Positions 1 to 13,776 are shown, counted from the whole stretch's first letter. The stretch is 63,198 nt of DNA, filler included, from Circinaria calcarea (GCA_051942165.1; 8 parts of 8 records of this genome joined end to end with filler, not necessarily neighbours in it); one strand, 5' to 3'. The notes: a model not told the origin generated them from the sequence alone. Program-made: numbers and translations.

Positions 1-2914
1 TTTCGGGATAGCCTCAAGCGTTGCCCTTTTCCGAGCAGACGAGGATTTCTAGCGGAATCCCACCTCCATGGTCACGCTAAACATAGCTATTATTGTTTAA
101 TTCAACTCCATGTCGTACGACAGGATGGCCGTCCCCTTCGCGTTACACCAATTGATCACTTGCTGTCGCCACAAGCAACCTCTGCACGAGAGCACAGTGT
201 CCCGCCTGCACAACCTTCTGGCCCCGTCCGAGCTCGACGCCCCGATCGGGAAGGCCCCCAAATCAACGTCCCATTACTCGCATAAGCAGTTGTCCTCGCA
301 TTGGTCCTCGTACCACCTGTGTGCTCCTCTGTGCAGTGGCGTGCAGGTGGGATAGGCTCATCTGACCTGGAGGGAGAAATGCTCAATGCATGGATGACAG
401 GACCCTGGGCAGCCGCGTCAATCGTCAGCTTGGATAAGGTACTTTCCGCTCCGGCCCAGATACATCAGGATCCAGCCTGGCTCGTAGGCGAGACCATGTT
501 ACTTCGCTGCTGGATCTTGTACAGCTCTCTGTTTTCTTTCTTTCCCGCAGAGGAGCCGCCGACAGCCGTTGGTCGATTTCTAGCCAGTCTCCTAGGCTTC
601 TCCCACATGGCGCATAGCAGAATGTGCCGCCGACTCGTGCGAGGTGGTGCGTCACAACCAGGTTCAGTGGGCTATGGAGAACTGTAGTTCCCGCCAAGGG
701 GTGTCTCATCCATCAGTCATAGGAACTGCCCGAACCTCACCAATCGCCGGGAGCGGTGTATCGCAGTTGGTCACCCCAGGGCGAAGGTTACCTAATAATC
801 AACGGAGCCCTCTCTATTTAATGGCAGCGTTTTCTTACGACATCCGACGCCACCGGCAAAATCTGCCGGCTGAGCTGTGGGAATGACCCCGCTTTACCCA
901 ATCTGACTGTGTTTCCCGCCTCCTCTGGCCGACCGCCATTTGACTCCTTTATCCATCCAATTTATCGTCGATGCTCCGCCAAAGTAACAGGCCCGATCTG
1001 ACCGGACTTCCGTGGAACGAGCCTCTGACGGGCGATGCAGGACGATGCGCTGGCATGTTATTTGCTTGCGCCCTCTAGCACCGGCCCTTCCCGAGTCTCG
1101 TCGGTGATCATCTGAGAGAGAGAGAGAGATAACGCAGACAGTCAAGGCGCCATGCACCCTTGCAGTGAACCCCATTCATTACCCTTCGAAATGGCGCCAC
1201 CGAACATGCTCCATTCAAGTTATCGCCGTGAAAAGGAGGGAGGTCCGAATGTCCCTATGGTCCAGGCCCCTTTCCTTTGAATCGCCCAATGATCATCGAC
1301 CTCGTGCACACCACCCGACCAGCGTTTGTAGAATTGTGCGTAATCCCCCTGTCCTGCAGTGACAGCCAAGTTTCCCCCTACGGTCGCGGCTTAAGAACCG
1401 ACCATTCCGCCTCGGTGCTGGTCTACTCCTGTCCATCGCTACCTCCATCATTTAGCTGCATAGATTCCTGTGGCTTGCCATAGTCAGCCTTGTCCTAGTA
1501 TCCCATATCTTGTCCGCCATCCCATCCCCATCGACGGACTCAGTCCGTCGAAATCTTCTCCTCGTTAAAATACACAGCCTCGGAGCGAAACAATACCGCG
1601 CCCAGCCTTGAAAATTTCCACGCGCGCCTCTTAGGCCTTGTCATCCTTGCTCGGAAGTACTAAAAGCGGCGCTAAGAGCGAGGGCGGGACCGTGCTCACT
1701 CACGCTTCTTAATCTGGTAACCTGGTCCTTCAACTAAAGCCTACCACATCTCACCCCAAATTTCCGGTGATCACAAGATTGCGGGACTCGAGCAGATCCT
1801 CGGTGCGAGGGAGCAGGCGGAGGATTGGAAAAACATTTGCTGTAGCAGACACGTGAAAGGAACAGGAAGAGACCGAATACCACGCGCCAAGGGAGTGACG
1901 GTTGGATACAGATAGGACCCCTAAAGGTCTGCAGTGGAAGAAGAGATTCGTCAAAGAGTGGCTTGGCTCGTGGGGGAGAAGAAGTGAATGCCGGGTGAAC
2001 CGTCTGAATTATACAAGATCCCCATAGAGCTTCTCTTCCATCATTGAAGCCTCCGTCTGAATAAGCCCAGGCAGAGTCGAGCACTAACTTCATCTGCACA
2101 ACATCCGGCACTACCTCCAACCATCGGGACTTGTAACCAACGTCAGCATCATCGCATTCAACGATCTGGGAGACATCAAGCCTCTAGTGCCGCCGTCCTT
2201 ACCGTGGTCTTGTCAGACTCACATCTCCCAGCACTTACTCTGTGGAGAAAGGGAGCGCTTTAGCCAAGAGACGGGACCCTCGATCCGCACCTACCCACCA
2301 GTTTGTGAAAAAGGTCTCCTCATCTTTGCCGAAGCGAAGCTCAGATCGTGTCCGCGACGGAGACGTGTCCATTCCGTAACGAGTTTAAAGACGAAGGGAA
2401 CAGTGCGGCAGCGATCAAAGCTTTCCACCCAAAGACCCACTGTCCACCTCGGTTGAGATTATTCCGTGCAGTGCACAGTGCACAGTGCACAGAGCGAGAG
2501 CGAGGGCGAGCTATCTTAAGGGCTCAGAGGTGTTCCAGCACTTGACTAAGGTCCCGGCACTTGACTAGGGCCCAGAGCAATAGTACGCCGTCCCAATTCG
2601 GAACAGAAGCGAGATTCTCCAACGTTCATCTAAGGTTGTGGTCCCCCCCACAAAATAGTGTCGAAGCTACTCCTGTACCTTCCGCACTTGGTTCTCGACC
2701 AACCTCTGTCGCGTGTTATTAGTCGCTCGACTTTTGGTCATCTCATCTTCGTAACATCGTGAGCTAAGTGATATTGTCGGTATCACTAAAAAAAAACTTC
2801 GGGTACCGTCCCTCTGGTAAGCAAGCACCTCATGCAGGTCAACGTTCACCTCCTTCGTCCACTCGCTGACGTGATGGTGATATAGCAATCACCTCGCGTC
2901 AGGAACACCGTTCG

Positions 2915-4442
2915 ATGGATAGAGGTGCACCCGACCAATACTCGCAGTCAGGTTTGCACACTCATCCATAAACAAGAGTTACTCTACGAATCCCAATCCT
3001 AAGCCTCTGCCGCAGATCCAGCGTCTGCTGCGCAGTACACACCTCACCAGGAGGTCCGACCATCCAACTTCCCGCCGGCCACGCCGACTTCCGAGTACGG
3101 TGGCAACCCGCCATCGGCGCGTTCTGCGAATTTCCCACCCGACTATCTGGCGCGTCAACAACACTACGCGCAGCAGCATAGCCATACGGCAGGGAGTATG
3201 GCGCAAGCAACAAGTCCGTCTATGCCTTTGCCAGATGGCCACCATCACAATCATCATAACACTCCGAACATTAAGTCTAACCCCGAACTACCTATAGATC
3301 CATCCATTGCCGCGTCGAGTCCCACCTACCCCGGTCCTTACTCGCCATATGCCCCCCAAGGCCACGACATGTCGCACTATCAAGGCCACGCGCCTCCGCA
3401 AGGCTATGGACAATGGCCACCTCCTGGTTACGGCCACCCGCATGGTCTACCCGGTGGACCTTATAGTTCTGCAGGGACTGCAGTATCCGCTGGTGGAGCA
3501 GCAGCTACTGCTGGACCACGTCCCGGCCAGGTTTGTACTCTCAGGCTTTTGTGCGCGCATTTTCTTATATCATGTGCAGAATCCTCACCCTCTTTCCCAG
3601 GTCTACTCCTTCGTCCCCATCCCTGGTGCTCAGCAGCATAAGCGCCCCCGTCGCCGCTACGAGGAGATTGAGCGAATGTACAAGTGTGGGTGGAATGGTT
3701 GTGAGAAAGCCTACGGCACACTCAATCACTTGAACGCGCATGTCACAATGCAGTCCCACGGGACTAAGCGTACTCCAGAAGGTCAGTCTTTCATTTGTCG
3801 CAAAGTCACATATTCGGTTAGGTTGCAGATTGTCCAAGCTACTCGTGTTACACAACATGAGGCCAGGGCATGACCGTACGCTATAATCCCAGGTTACACG
3901 CGGGAAGGGTTGAACGGCGTTCACGCTACGCCCACGCCATAGCTTTGGGTTTTGACGCGAACGCTAAGCCATAATCCATTAGCGTCCTTTTGTATCAACT
4001 TGGATACAAGAAGCTTTGCTAACTTGTTTCTGCCTTCAGAGTTCAAAGAGATTCGTAAGGAATGGAAGGCACGTAAGAAGGAGGAGGAAAACCAGCGCAA
4101 GGCCGAGGAGGAGAGGCAGCGTGCCAGCGTCGGAGCGAACCAAACCGATGGTCAGCCCGCCGATCCCGTTCAAACGCCTACAAGTCAGAACTATCCTCCT
4201 GGTGTTCGTCCTCAGTTGCCGCCTATCGGTTACGCCCCTGCTGCCGGTCAGGTTGCTGCACAGTATCCTGGTGGGGTGGACCAGTTGTACCAGCAGGGTA
4301 ACGGCTACTCTGCTTATCCTCACTCTCCCTACGGGCAGAACCAACAGATGTACCCACAACGTCATACACCCTAGCCATGGCCTCCGAGTCCCATGCTGAC
4401 CTCAGTCCAGATCCTGATACTCCGACCAATTACCCCTCGTGA
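2915..4442 (+). CDS. con7: Con7-type C2H2 zinc-finger transcription factor (multi-exon)
   Basis: ATG 2915 (MDRGAPDQYSQS); introns 2952-3015, 3531-3600, 3782-4039; signature VYSFVPIPGAQQHKRPRRRYEEIERMYKCGWNGCEKAYGTLNHLNAHVTMQSHG..EFKEIRKEWK. Ends at 4374 if unspliced, or 4442 via a probable last intron 4361-4410. Upstream exons are possible (CAG at 2900-2902). Confidence 0.9.
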
Positions 4443-5605
4443 ACTGGCGTCCGATGCTAAGCTTTCTTTGTCTTGAACAATCCTACAAATGACAGCTAAT
4501 TCAAATAATGGCATAACCGGTGGGAGAGGAGGACAGGTAATGGCAATGTCCATCCGGGCATGGTTATTGGAGTTGACACATTTTGCTCTGGCTCTTGGCG
4601 GTTCCGTGTCGAACGATCCAAAAAATTTGACGAGTTCCCTTTTTCACCTGACGGATTGATGGAGTGCTGTCTTTCAAGAGAGGTACAGAAGATACGTGGG
4701 GCTTGCATTGAATTGGAGCTTAGGCTTCGAGAGCGTGCTGCTCTAGTACTGTTTTGCATGATAACTGTGATTGTCTTGCAAGCATACCAGTGGTCACTTC
4801 AACACTGCTCTACTCAATGGCAGCTGTCATTTGCAATGCATTCTCGAGGTCACTTATGGCGGACGAAAGTTTTTAGATTGCTGTTTTCTACTCTGTGTCA
4901 GCTGAATTATGGGTCCGTGTTTGGTGACCACGGGTGGATCGTTTGTAGCATACTTCTTCTTCGAGCGATCTTGTGGACATGGTGGCTTTGACATGTCTCC
5001 CAGTAGCATACACCCTCAAAAGGCACTACTGAATTACCTGTGTCCCTCGGCATGCCTATTATGATGCCCTGTGATTTACATAAACTTAAAGTTCAACCAT
5101 GTCAACAGAACCGTAGATGAGGGCCTGCCAAGGGAGCAGTTCGTCAGCGTTTCACCGAGTTCATGGTCATGTTACACAGAGACTACTGCATATCATCCTT
5201 AGCACGTATTCTAGGTAGTCATGTAGCTACCTTAGCTACCGGTAGACCCCACGTTCTTGACAAGGCGACGGGACGCCGAGTCAACCCCTTGAGCCTAACG
5301 ATCGGGGGGCTTCTGGGACGTTAGGGACCAGGCAGTGCCAGGGCATCGGTATGGTCGAGTTACACAGCATTAGCCGGAGGGAAGATTAGATTTAGACTAC
5401 TCGACCTTGTACCGGGTCACCCGGCTCCAGTATATTTGTAATCTTTAAAGAGATAGATCAGAATATAAAAGACGACTAAGCTGCAAACGGCTGAACTGTC
5501 GAGGTACCGCAAGGGGGAGTGATTAGTCATCGTCCGGAAAGCGAAGACCTCAAAGTCGCAGATTCCGTGAGAGGAAGCGTGGGTACACTTGATTTACACC
5601 GGGCG

Positions 5606-7791
5606 ATGCTGGGATGCTCTGCCTGTCGATGCCGTATACTGCGTCCCATATTTCCAAACACCGTCACCGTTCCCGCGAAACTGACTCACCGGACTCCGGC
5701 TTCGAGGAGGCAAACCCTCAAATTCAGAGCATGGACGCCACGAACCTATGCAACGGCGACTGCTACGGCCCATGTCGATGGCGGGTTGCAGGATCAGCAG
5801 GTGCATCCAGCTGAGCGGAACAGCCAGAAGAGACAATTAGGACTTAAGGGATCAGAATTCAAGCGGACTGAACTGGAGCAGGAACTTCGCTACCTCAGGG
5901 ATCCTCTGAAGCTCGCCGAAAATACTCTCAGCTTGCTGCGTCAAGATGCCCACCAAAAGGCTTTGGAACTCGTCCGAGTTGCGAGTCGTACAATGGCGTG
6001 TACGGTCAGTTGGAATCACATCATCGATCATGACATGGCACACGGGAAGGTCTCCGCAGCGATCAAGACATACAACGAGGTTCTCTATCCGTTTGGCTTA
6101 TAAACCAAATATTGGTTTGGCTAATTATCGTGCAGATGAAGAAGCGCGCCCAACCGCCCGATGCCCACACGTATACGATGCTCCTCCGTGGTCTAGCGGC
6201 GCATGCACACTACCCTCAAGCTCTCTCAAAAGCGCTCTCGATCTACAATTCCATGTATGCCGAAAATTCGCCAGTTAGACCCACGATTATCCATGCAAAT
6301 GCTGTACTCAATGTCTGCGCTCTGGCCAAAGATTTAGACTGCCTCTTTGGGATAGCTGCGAGGCTCCCGACCAAGGGAAAGGCTGCTCCAAATTATAGGA
6401 CTTACACTACCATCCTCAATGCTATACGGACAAAGGCCTGGCGGCAGGGTGAAGAATATGTGGAGAATGAGAGTCACGAACAAAGGGCTGCCTTACGACA
6501 GCAAGCTGTCTTGCAAGGACGTAGGATATGGGGCGATATCATTGGCCGATGGGGTGATGGGGATATGTGGATCGACGAAGAGTTGGTTTGCTCCATGGGC
6601 CGAGTCCTTCTCCTTGGGTCCCGGCCAGAGGACTTTGATGATATCCTTTCACTTGTCGAACAGACAATGGATATTCCGCGTCAAGTACCACGCCTGGGGG
6701 ATCCATCTCGCAAAACTCACCTCAGTCCCATCCAGCCCGGTATAGCTGTTCCTCCCAGCTCGGAACCGACACCTGTTTCTGGGTCGCTCAATGACGGCCA
6801 AATTTCCCTCAAAGAAGGAAGTCAAGGTGCATCGTCATATGCACTCGCCGTGCCCTCCGACATGTCCAATGACACCACTCCGCGCCCAGGAAGTGAATTC
6901 GATCCACTGCCTACTTCCAACAGTACAATCCGCTCATTTGCCCGACCTGGCCGTAACACACTTTCGCTTCTAATGGACGCATGTATGCGTATGCGGCTTA
7001 CCGCTGCTGCAAACGCCTACCGTGTCATATTGACATCCCCGGATGGTCGATTTAAGGTTACCCCCGACTCGGAGAACCTTCACATGTATCTCCGCCTTCT
7101 GCGTCAAAACCGCTCTTCGCGTGCTGCAGTGGCTCTGGTCGAAGATTTCCTATCCGATCCCCCGCCCGGTGCGGGTGCACAAGCCAAGACATTCAGGATC
7201 GCGATGAGCTGCTGCGTTCGGAACAGCCAGAATCCCAGTGTTGGGGAGTCATCTATCAAGCTGTTGAGACTGATGGCAAGGACGCTGGAGCAGCCGGATC
7301 TGAAGACGTGTGAGATGTACCTGGAACTTTTGGGCAAGAAAGGGGAAGATGAATGGAGGGATATGCTGAGGGGACTGGAAGAATTGGAAGTGATCGTCAA
7401 GAACGTGAGGAGCTTATTAGCTTACGGCACATTCGACGATGTCAACTCCGCCCTGCAGGATCAGAACGACGAGCCCGACGACGAAGCGGAAGGCGAAACC
7501 GCCACCGACGAGGAGAGGAAGAAGCCGTCTCGAAACCTCGGCCCTCACCCACAGGGAACCGCCGCTAGCCCCGGTCGCGTGTATCGCGCCTACCGCGCCG
7601 AAGTCCGCAAGCTGTTTGAGAAGATGATCGGCGTATACGACAAGGTCTTTTACCGCGGCGGACCGCGCATGAAGCCCGAAGAGCGCCGCAACTGGGACGT
7701 GCGGCGGCGCACTTTGGCTGCCTGGGTTCGGAGGGAATATGTCAAGTCCACGAAGCTGAGGAATATGGCGGCGGAGAGGAGGGAGGGGTGA
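5606..7791 (+). CDS. Pentatricopeptide-repeat (PPR) protein, probably mitochondrial
   Basis: N-terminus MLGCSACRCRILR resembles a fungal mitochondrial presequence; PPR motifs VSWNHIIDHDMAHGKVSAAIKTYNE|MKKRAQPPDAHTYTMLLRGLA, IHANAVLNVCA, RTYTTILNAI; intron 6080-6135. Confidence 0.85.
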
Positions 7792-7828
7792 GTAGGGCCG
7801 GGGAGGAGAGGTCAGAGCTAGTTGGGGG

Positions 7829-7928
7829 NNNNNNNNNNNNNNNNNNNNNNNNNNNNNNNNNNNNNNNNNNNNTTAATTAATTAANNNNNNNNNNNNNNNN
7901 NNNNNNNNNNNNNNNNNNNNNNNNNNNN
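7829..7928. other. Artificial contig-joining spacer (also at 15755-15854, 23680-23779, 31604-31703, 39512-39611, 47409-47508, 55306-55405)
   Basis: Identical 100-nt N44-TTAATTAATTAA-N44 blocks (stops in all frames); flanking contig lengths never increase along the window. Confidence 0.98.
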
Positions 7929-8189
7929 GGTGTGGGAAGGTGGAGGGAAGTCGGAAGTGTGCCGGGTGTGGCGTTGTGGCGTATTGCGGGAGGGAGTGTC
8001 AGCGGAGGGATTGGCCGGGCCACAAGGGAGGTTGCAGGGCGGGGAAATAAAAATGGTCAGGGCTACTGCGAGTGTATATGTCTTCCGAAGCGCCGCTAGG
8101 AGAGTTGAATTTCCATACGCCAGAGGATTCATGTTTATTTTACGGGCTCTTTCATCATCTCGAATCCCACCCGATCCTCCTTCCTCTCC

Positions 8190-8853
8190 AATAAATATCC
8201 CACCCGGCCTCCTCCTTGAGAAACTCCAATGAGTCCCCTCAGCATCTCTCTTCCGAATACCAATATCCTCGCCTCTCGTACCCCCTCCATCTCACCCGCA
8301 CCCCGAGCGCCTCCATACAACCTTTCGCTTCCTTTCCGGTCTCAGCCCAACCCGGTCATCGTCAACGCCATGTCACGCCCACCGCCTTCGTCGGCAACTC
8401 GACCTCTGCGCTCACCTCGCCTCCCGCGTAACCGGACCACCAACCAAACTCCGGATCCGCCGCGAAGGGATCTTTCTTCCTCCCCCGAACCCAGAGATCC
8501 GGCTCTATCCCTTCTTCCCTTTTCTCTCCCTCGTCATTTCCTCCGAGAGTGCGCGATACTGGCAACCACCTAAGCAATCGGCACACGCTTGTAGAGAGTC
8601 GCTCGCCGGGACCGACGCGGTGGGAAAGACGAACTTTGGCGTTGCGGAAGGGCTTACGAGAGGTTTGGGGGGGAAGGCCGGGGATCGGGCTGGGTGAGAA
8701 GGGGAGGGAGCCGAATTTGGAGGCGTGGGAGCCGCGGCCGTAGACGAGGATCAAGGTGTGGCGGTGGGGAGCCCCGTAAAGGTGGGACTGTTGAGGGATT
8801 CGGGGTAGATGGAGGATTTACGCCGGCGTATGGAGATTAGGGTGGATGGTCAT
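8190..8853 (-). pseudogene. Phospholipase/carboxylesterase (acyl-protein thioesterase-like alpha/beta hydrolase) pseudogene
   Basis: Joining frames on the minus strand gives HRHTLILVYGRGSHASKFG...AKFVFPTAS.RRATLYKR and C-terminal VRWRGYE..GYWYSEEML, matching this fungal family; several frameshifts and stops, and the middle appears deleted. Confidence 0.7.
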
Positions 8854-10343
8854 CGCAACGGAGATGGATGAAAAGAGAGATTTCATTGGTTCGTCGGTGA
8901 GGCTGAAAAACGAACTTTGAGGGCTTGCTTTCCTTTTTCCTCTTTCTATCTCGGATATCCCGTGATTATTCGGGGTAGTGCCTGGTGAGCTATGGTGATA
9001 TTAGCTCGGTCGCCTTGGTGTATAAAATTCTAGATGACAGGCTGCGTGGGAGCAGTTCCGAACTGTGGACTTATCTATCTACAGCAGTACAGAACAAACG
9101 GTCGAAGTGACACCGAACACGCGCATTGGAAACACTGCTACCGTCGTGAAAAGGGCACGAGGCACGCTGCGTTATGGATGATATTTATTCCTCGCAGTAA
9201 GAGGCATCTACAGAGCCCACGAAATCCCCCTGAGATGCTGCGTCATTTCATCCAGATTGCCCTTTCAGCTGTGCGATGACGTTTTGCATTCTGTGTTTGG
9301 TCGCATCTAAAGATCCCCAGTTCTGATCAGTGATACCCTATACCGTCGATATACTGCATAGCCTATATAGCCATGTCCGGTGGCTTCCGCGATCGATATA
9401 GGCATCAAAGCCTTCAGGGACTGGGAGAGAAGGTTTTTTATTTTCGCGGACATACTTCCGCCATGCGAAAGGCATCAACCGGTCTTCGCAACCGTCTTGG
9501 CATCTATTTTATAGGTATTTCCCGCGACTTGAGTTCTGCGGGGTTGGAATCTCCTCCTCTGGAAAAGTTTCGCGCTGAGATTTCTTCTTGGACCATGAGG
9601 AAAGATCGGACAAAGCCTTGGTCATTTTGTTAATCTGTCCGATGAAACTGTGTAGATGTCCAGATACTCTATAGTAGTGTTTATTATCACAGGCGGCGTT
9701 AAAACTTGAGGATCTATTCACATCTATTATAGCGTCTATGTAACTGGTAAGTATTCCGTCGATTTCTCTTCACAGCAGACTACTACCTTAACTTGATGTG
9801 CCCTTTGACGCTGCTGAATCACCCTGGATCATATACTTGCACGGGAAAGCGAATTATAGATTTGGCGACGTTGCCCCCTAACTTTAGTGGGTCTCCATAG
9901 AATCAACACCACGACTGCTTCTCCATTGTGAGCTTACTCTACAGGCATCACCGCTGCTCGCTGTTCTTCTCATTCTTCCAACGTAATGTTTCACGTTTCA
10001 AGCGTCCCTCATGGGCCGTGTCACAGATCCGTGACCTGGAGCGGTAATAGGTTTATTTCTACAGGCGCAAGGGCTAATCAATTTCCTTATACCCGATGCT
10101 GTCACATCGAGGTCGAAATAGCACCACGTTTAACGTTATGCCTTTCCCGCATGGACACACAATGTGGACCGCCAGTTTCCAAGTATGCGGTAGTCAGCTA
10201 TATTCTACGCGATTGCACTCGTTCCTGCGTATGGTCTCTTTTGATTTGAGCCATGTCGTATTGCCATCATTTCTAACGCGAGCTGGACTTCGATATCGCA
10301 ACCTCTCTTCAAGTTTCCCCAAAGTGAACCCAGCTAGATAATC

Positions 10344-11399
10344 ATGAGTGTACCGCCGTACTCCAGATTTATGGCGAATCGCCAAAATGCGATAAACCGT
10401 GCATCATCGGTGTATGACACCAATACCTTGGGCGGCCAGTCAGAGCTGGAGGTGGCTAAGCCACAGAAGAGCAACAGACTACGGACGATTGTCAGCTCTG
10501 GCCCGGGTTCCTCGGCCTCGAGTCAGGCCCAGCAGTACATAGCCGAGCTTGGTTCCCCTCAACCACATATCGTCCCTGATAATTGTGATCTCAAATGGAC
10601 TGCGGAGGAGAAACCGCAGCAACGTCCGGAGAAGGAGAAGATCTGCGGGCTGATTCCTGCCGTATTCTGGGTCGTGATCCTACTCATTATATTGTTGGTA
10701 TCAGCAGGGATTGGTGTTGGCCTAGGAATGGGCTTTGGGACGACGAACTGCGCCTGCCGAAGGTAAGGAGATATCCCTTCGAGAAAATGAGCGCTCAGTG
10801 AGAGAAAGTTGTGCTTTGCGAATGGAGTTGACGTGTACTGTAGTAATAACGGTACTGTCAAATCATTAACATTCTACGTGAATGATGGTGGATTTCCGAA
10901 CCCTCAAACCCAAATGTCGCATCACGGGGTATCGACTTCCCCAGCCACTGTGATTTCCACTGCAACATCTACAGCGCCCTTGGTGGCCTTTACGAATCCG
11001 AGCGTTGGTGGTAGCACGTTCTCCGGTGGGCCGAGTCCAGGGACCTCTTGTCCGGGAAATAACAGTGAAAAGGTGGTATTCCCATATGCCATAAACGGTA
11101 CAGCTATACAATACACGATACACTGCAACTCAAATTTCGGCGCAGGGGTTAAAACCGGCATCAAAGATCTACAGGTTATCCCAAACGTCAAGGACCTGAC
11201 TCAGTGCCTTGTTTTATGTTCGGCGTATACGGTCCAGCTTCCAGCTCCTGCAGGAACCAGATTCGGCGCTTTTTGCAGTGGTGTCACCTATAGCGGGAGC
11301 TTCTGTTGGCTGAAAAGCGGTGTCTTGCCTGGCGCAAAAGGAGACACTGGAGGCGGGGATGGAGCGATTCTTGTACATGATCCGAGCTGGACATCATGA
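10344..11399 (+). CDS. Hypothetical single-pass membrane protein with Ser/Thr stalk and C-terminal Cys-rich PAN/apple-like domain
   Basis: KICGLIPAVFWVVILLIILLVSAGIGVGLG TM segment; in-frame intron 10763-10843; C..YTIHC..CLVLCS..CSGVTY..CWLKS pattern. Confidence 0.7.
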
Positions 11400-11768
11400 G
11401 TTTTTTGAGACCAACTACATTCACATGAACAGGCTTACCGTGATCGGATCTGCCATGTAACATTTTGTTAGCAGTTGCATACTCCCTCCAACCTTAGAAA
11501 TCTATAGCCCTTGCTGCAGTCATTGTTAGTGTCACCTGGAGGCTGCAGGCTGGTGCTGCATCATCTCAAGTCAAGATGTCTTTGTCTTGCTGAATGAGGA
11601 CTAGATCATTAGCATTCACCAACAAGCGACCACGAACCACAGCGGCCAAACAACTCAACTGGTTTTACATCTTCTAGAGGAAAGCTGCTTCGTCCATAGC
11701 TAATCATCGTAACGTAATTGGTGATGTAGATCACGTGTAACATACGCCATATCGTCCCTCCCCCGAAA

Positions 11769-13486
11769 ATGGCGCCAGTTTGCACGTTTTGGCAGCGTGG
11801 ACACTGCAAGAATGGAGGTAAGTTACAGGTCAGCGTTCAGATACCGTTCACCAACGTTGGCATACCGTACAGATGAGTGCTGACGTGCGTTATAGACAAT
11901 TGCCGCTTTGAACATCCTGCCAAAGGGGGTTCTTCTGCCAGTTCCTATAACCGTTTTGGCGTATTGAACTCAGAGAGCCCGGGGCACGGCAGCAGCAGCA
12001 GCAACAAAGGTAGATAATGCATCTTCTTGATATATGTGACTTTTGTGTATTGCAGCGTTGTCAAGAGTGGTACTGTTCGCTCACCTTCAAAACTAGCTAG
12101 ACAAGTTTTTACTGTTGGACAAACTATTTCTAATGACTCTAGGTGTACGCTCCAGTCGAGATCTACCGTGAGGACGCAACTGTGATACATGATGCCGCTA
12201 CTAAACCCCCTTCTAGATACCAGCTTGACAAGGAGGTCATCATTACCGACCTTTCCAAAGAACGCCCGCAGTGGATACTGTCTGCGTACGGGCCTGGTAG
12301 AAGTGCACCGGTCCAGCTATTTGGCGGCTTACCCCGAGAGCAAAGCTTTGAAGAACTTCGACTCCGCCACTATGAACTGGCCGCTGCGGGAAATCAGCAA
12401 CAGGCAATCCAGGAGGCGCAGGTCCTAGTCAGCAATGCTGAACAACAGATGCAAACCGTCTTACGAGATGTGGACGGCGCAATCAAGTACATCATTGATG
12501 GCGAGAAAGAGCACCCCAACCGATTAGATGTTGTACAGGCAAAGGGCACTGGAATTGCTCAAGCAAAACCTTCTAGCACAATTCAGCAACCTCCAACCTC
12601 TTTCGGACAACCTTCAACTTTTGGGAAGCCTACAGGACTGGTGGGGCTTGAGAATACCGCATTCGGCCAGCCGTCTACATTCGGTCAGCCAACACAGCCA
12701 ACCAATCCGTTCACCCAGCCTTCCAATACTGGAAAAGCTACCGGTACATTCGGTCAGCAGACCCCGGCATTCGGCCAGCCAGCACCTTTAGGAAGGCCCA
12801 CTACAGGCTTCGGTCAAGCTAGTTCGACCTTTGGTCAACCTTCTAACCTGAATGCACCAGCTTTTGGACAACCATCAAATCCATCCACATTCGGTCAGCC
12901 ATCGAACCCCTTCGCGCGAGCTCCCTCAGGACCCAAATCATTTATTAATCAGCCTGTCCCGGCATCTACTACCTCTGCACAAGGAGCAAATGTCGCTGCG
13001 CCATCGAATCCGTTTGGGCAGCCAAAAGTACCCCAACCAAGTACGTTTGGTCAACCCACACAGCCATCCGCAGGTGTCTTCGGAAAACCTACGAATAGCC
13101 CAGCCCCTACGCCATTCGGCCAACCCCCCGCAGCACCCAAACCCTTCAACCAAGCCCCTCCTCCCGCGCCAGGAGGCATGCTCGGCAAGCCCATCGATGC
13201 ATCGAACACCAGACGAGATGGGAATAACCGATTGACAATGTGGAAAGGCCAGCCGGTCACATACATCGATAATGAACCCTGCTACAGGAGAGCTGATGGA
13301 TCCTGGGAGAAGATATGGTTTCCGAACGGAGCGCCGGTGTGGAAGAAGCCGCCTGATTTACCGGATGATACCTACGATGAGGCGACCAAGGCAAGCTACC
13401 TCTATATGAGGGAGCATGGCACGTTTAAGGATGGAGTGATGCCGGAATTGCCGCCGAAGAGGGAGTGGTGTAGGTGGGATTTTTAA
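11769..13486 (+). CDS. amo1: CCCH zinc-finger FG-repeat nucleoporin (Amo1/Nup42/CG1-like)
   Basis: MAPVCTFWQRGHCKNG|DNCRFEHP CCCH finger, ERPQWILSAYGPG..EQSFEELR core, many FGQP repeats; introns about 11818-11895, 12010-12142, 12168-12217. Confidence 0.85.
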
Positions 13487-13776
13487 AGTTTGGGGATTTA
13501 GAGTATTGGAAAATGGGGAGGGCTGCTTTGGAGCCTGGCCTATTGCTAAGCGTTGGCAGCCGATCTAACCCAGGTGTACGAGGTTCTTTGAGAGCGTTTT
13601 GGCGATCAAGCAGTGATACCCAAAGAAAATCAGATACGCAAATATTCAGGGAAGCATTTTGATTGGTATTGCTAGAGACCCACGATATCCGTTGATCTTA
13701 CTAGATATCTTTAGCTAAACTTTCCCCGCCGCTTTCATGCCATCCACCTATTTCATTCTGCAGTTCCACGTCCACT

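Noticed and set aside
2468..2575. Short direct repeats (CAGTGCA x3; GCACTTGACTA x2)
   Set aside because: Too short and few; compatible with replication slippage, and not a CRISPR or TE structure.
110..2900. Many short ORFs upstream of con7
   Set aside because: No recognisable domains; best read as a long regulatory or 5' UTR region, though small upstream con7 exons cannot be excluded.
12600..13130. Repeated TTCGGNCARCC units resembling a spaced array
   Set aside because: They encode the FGQP repeats of the nucleoporin.
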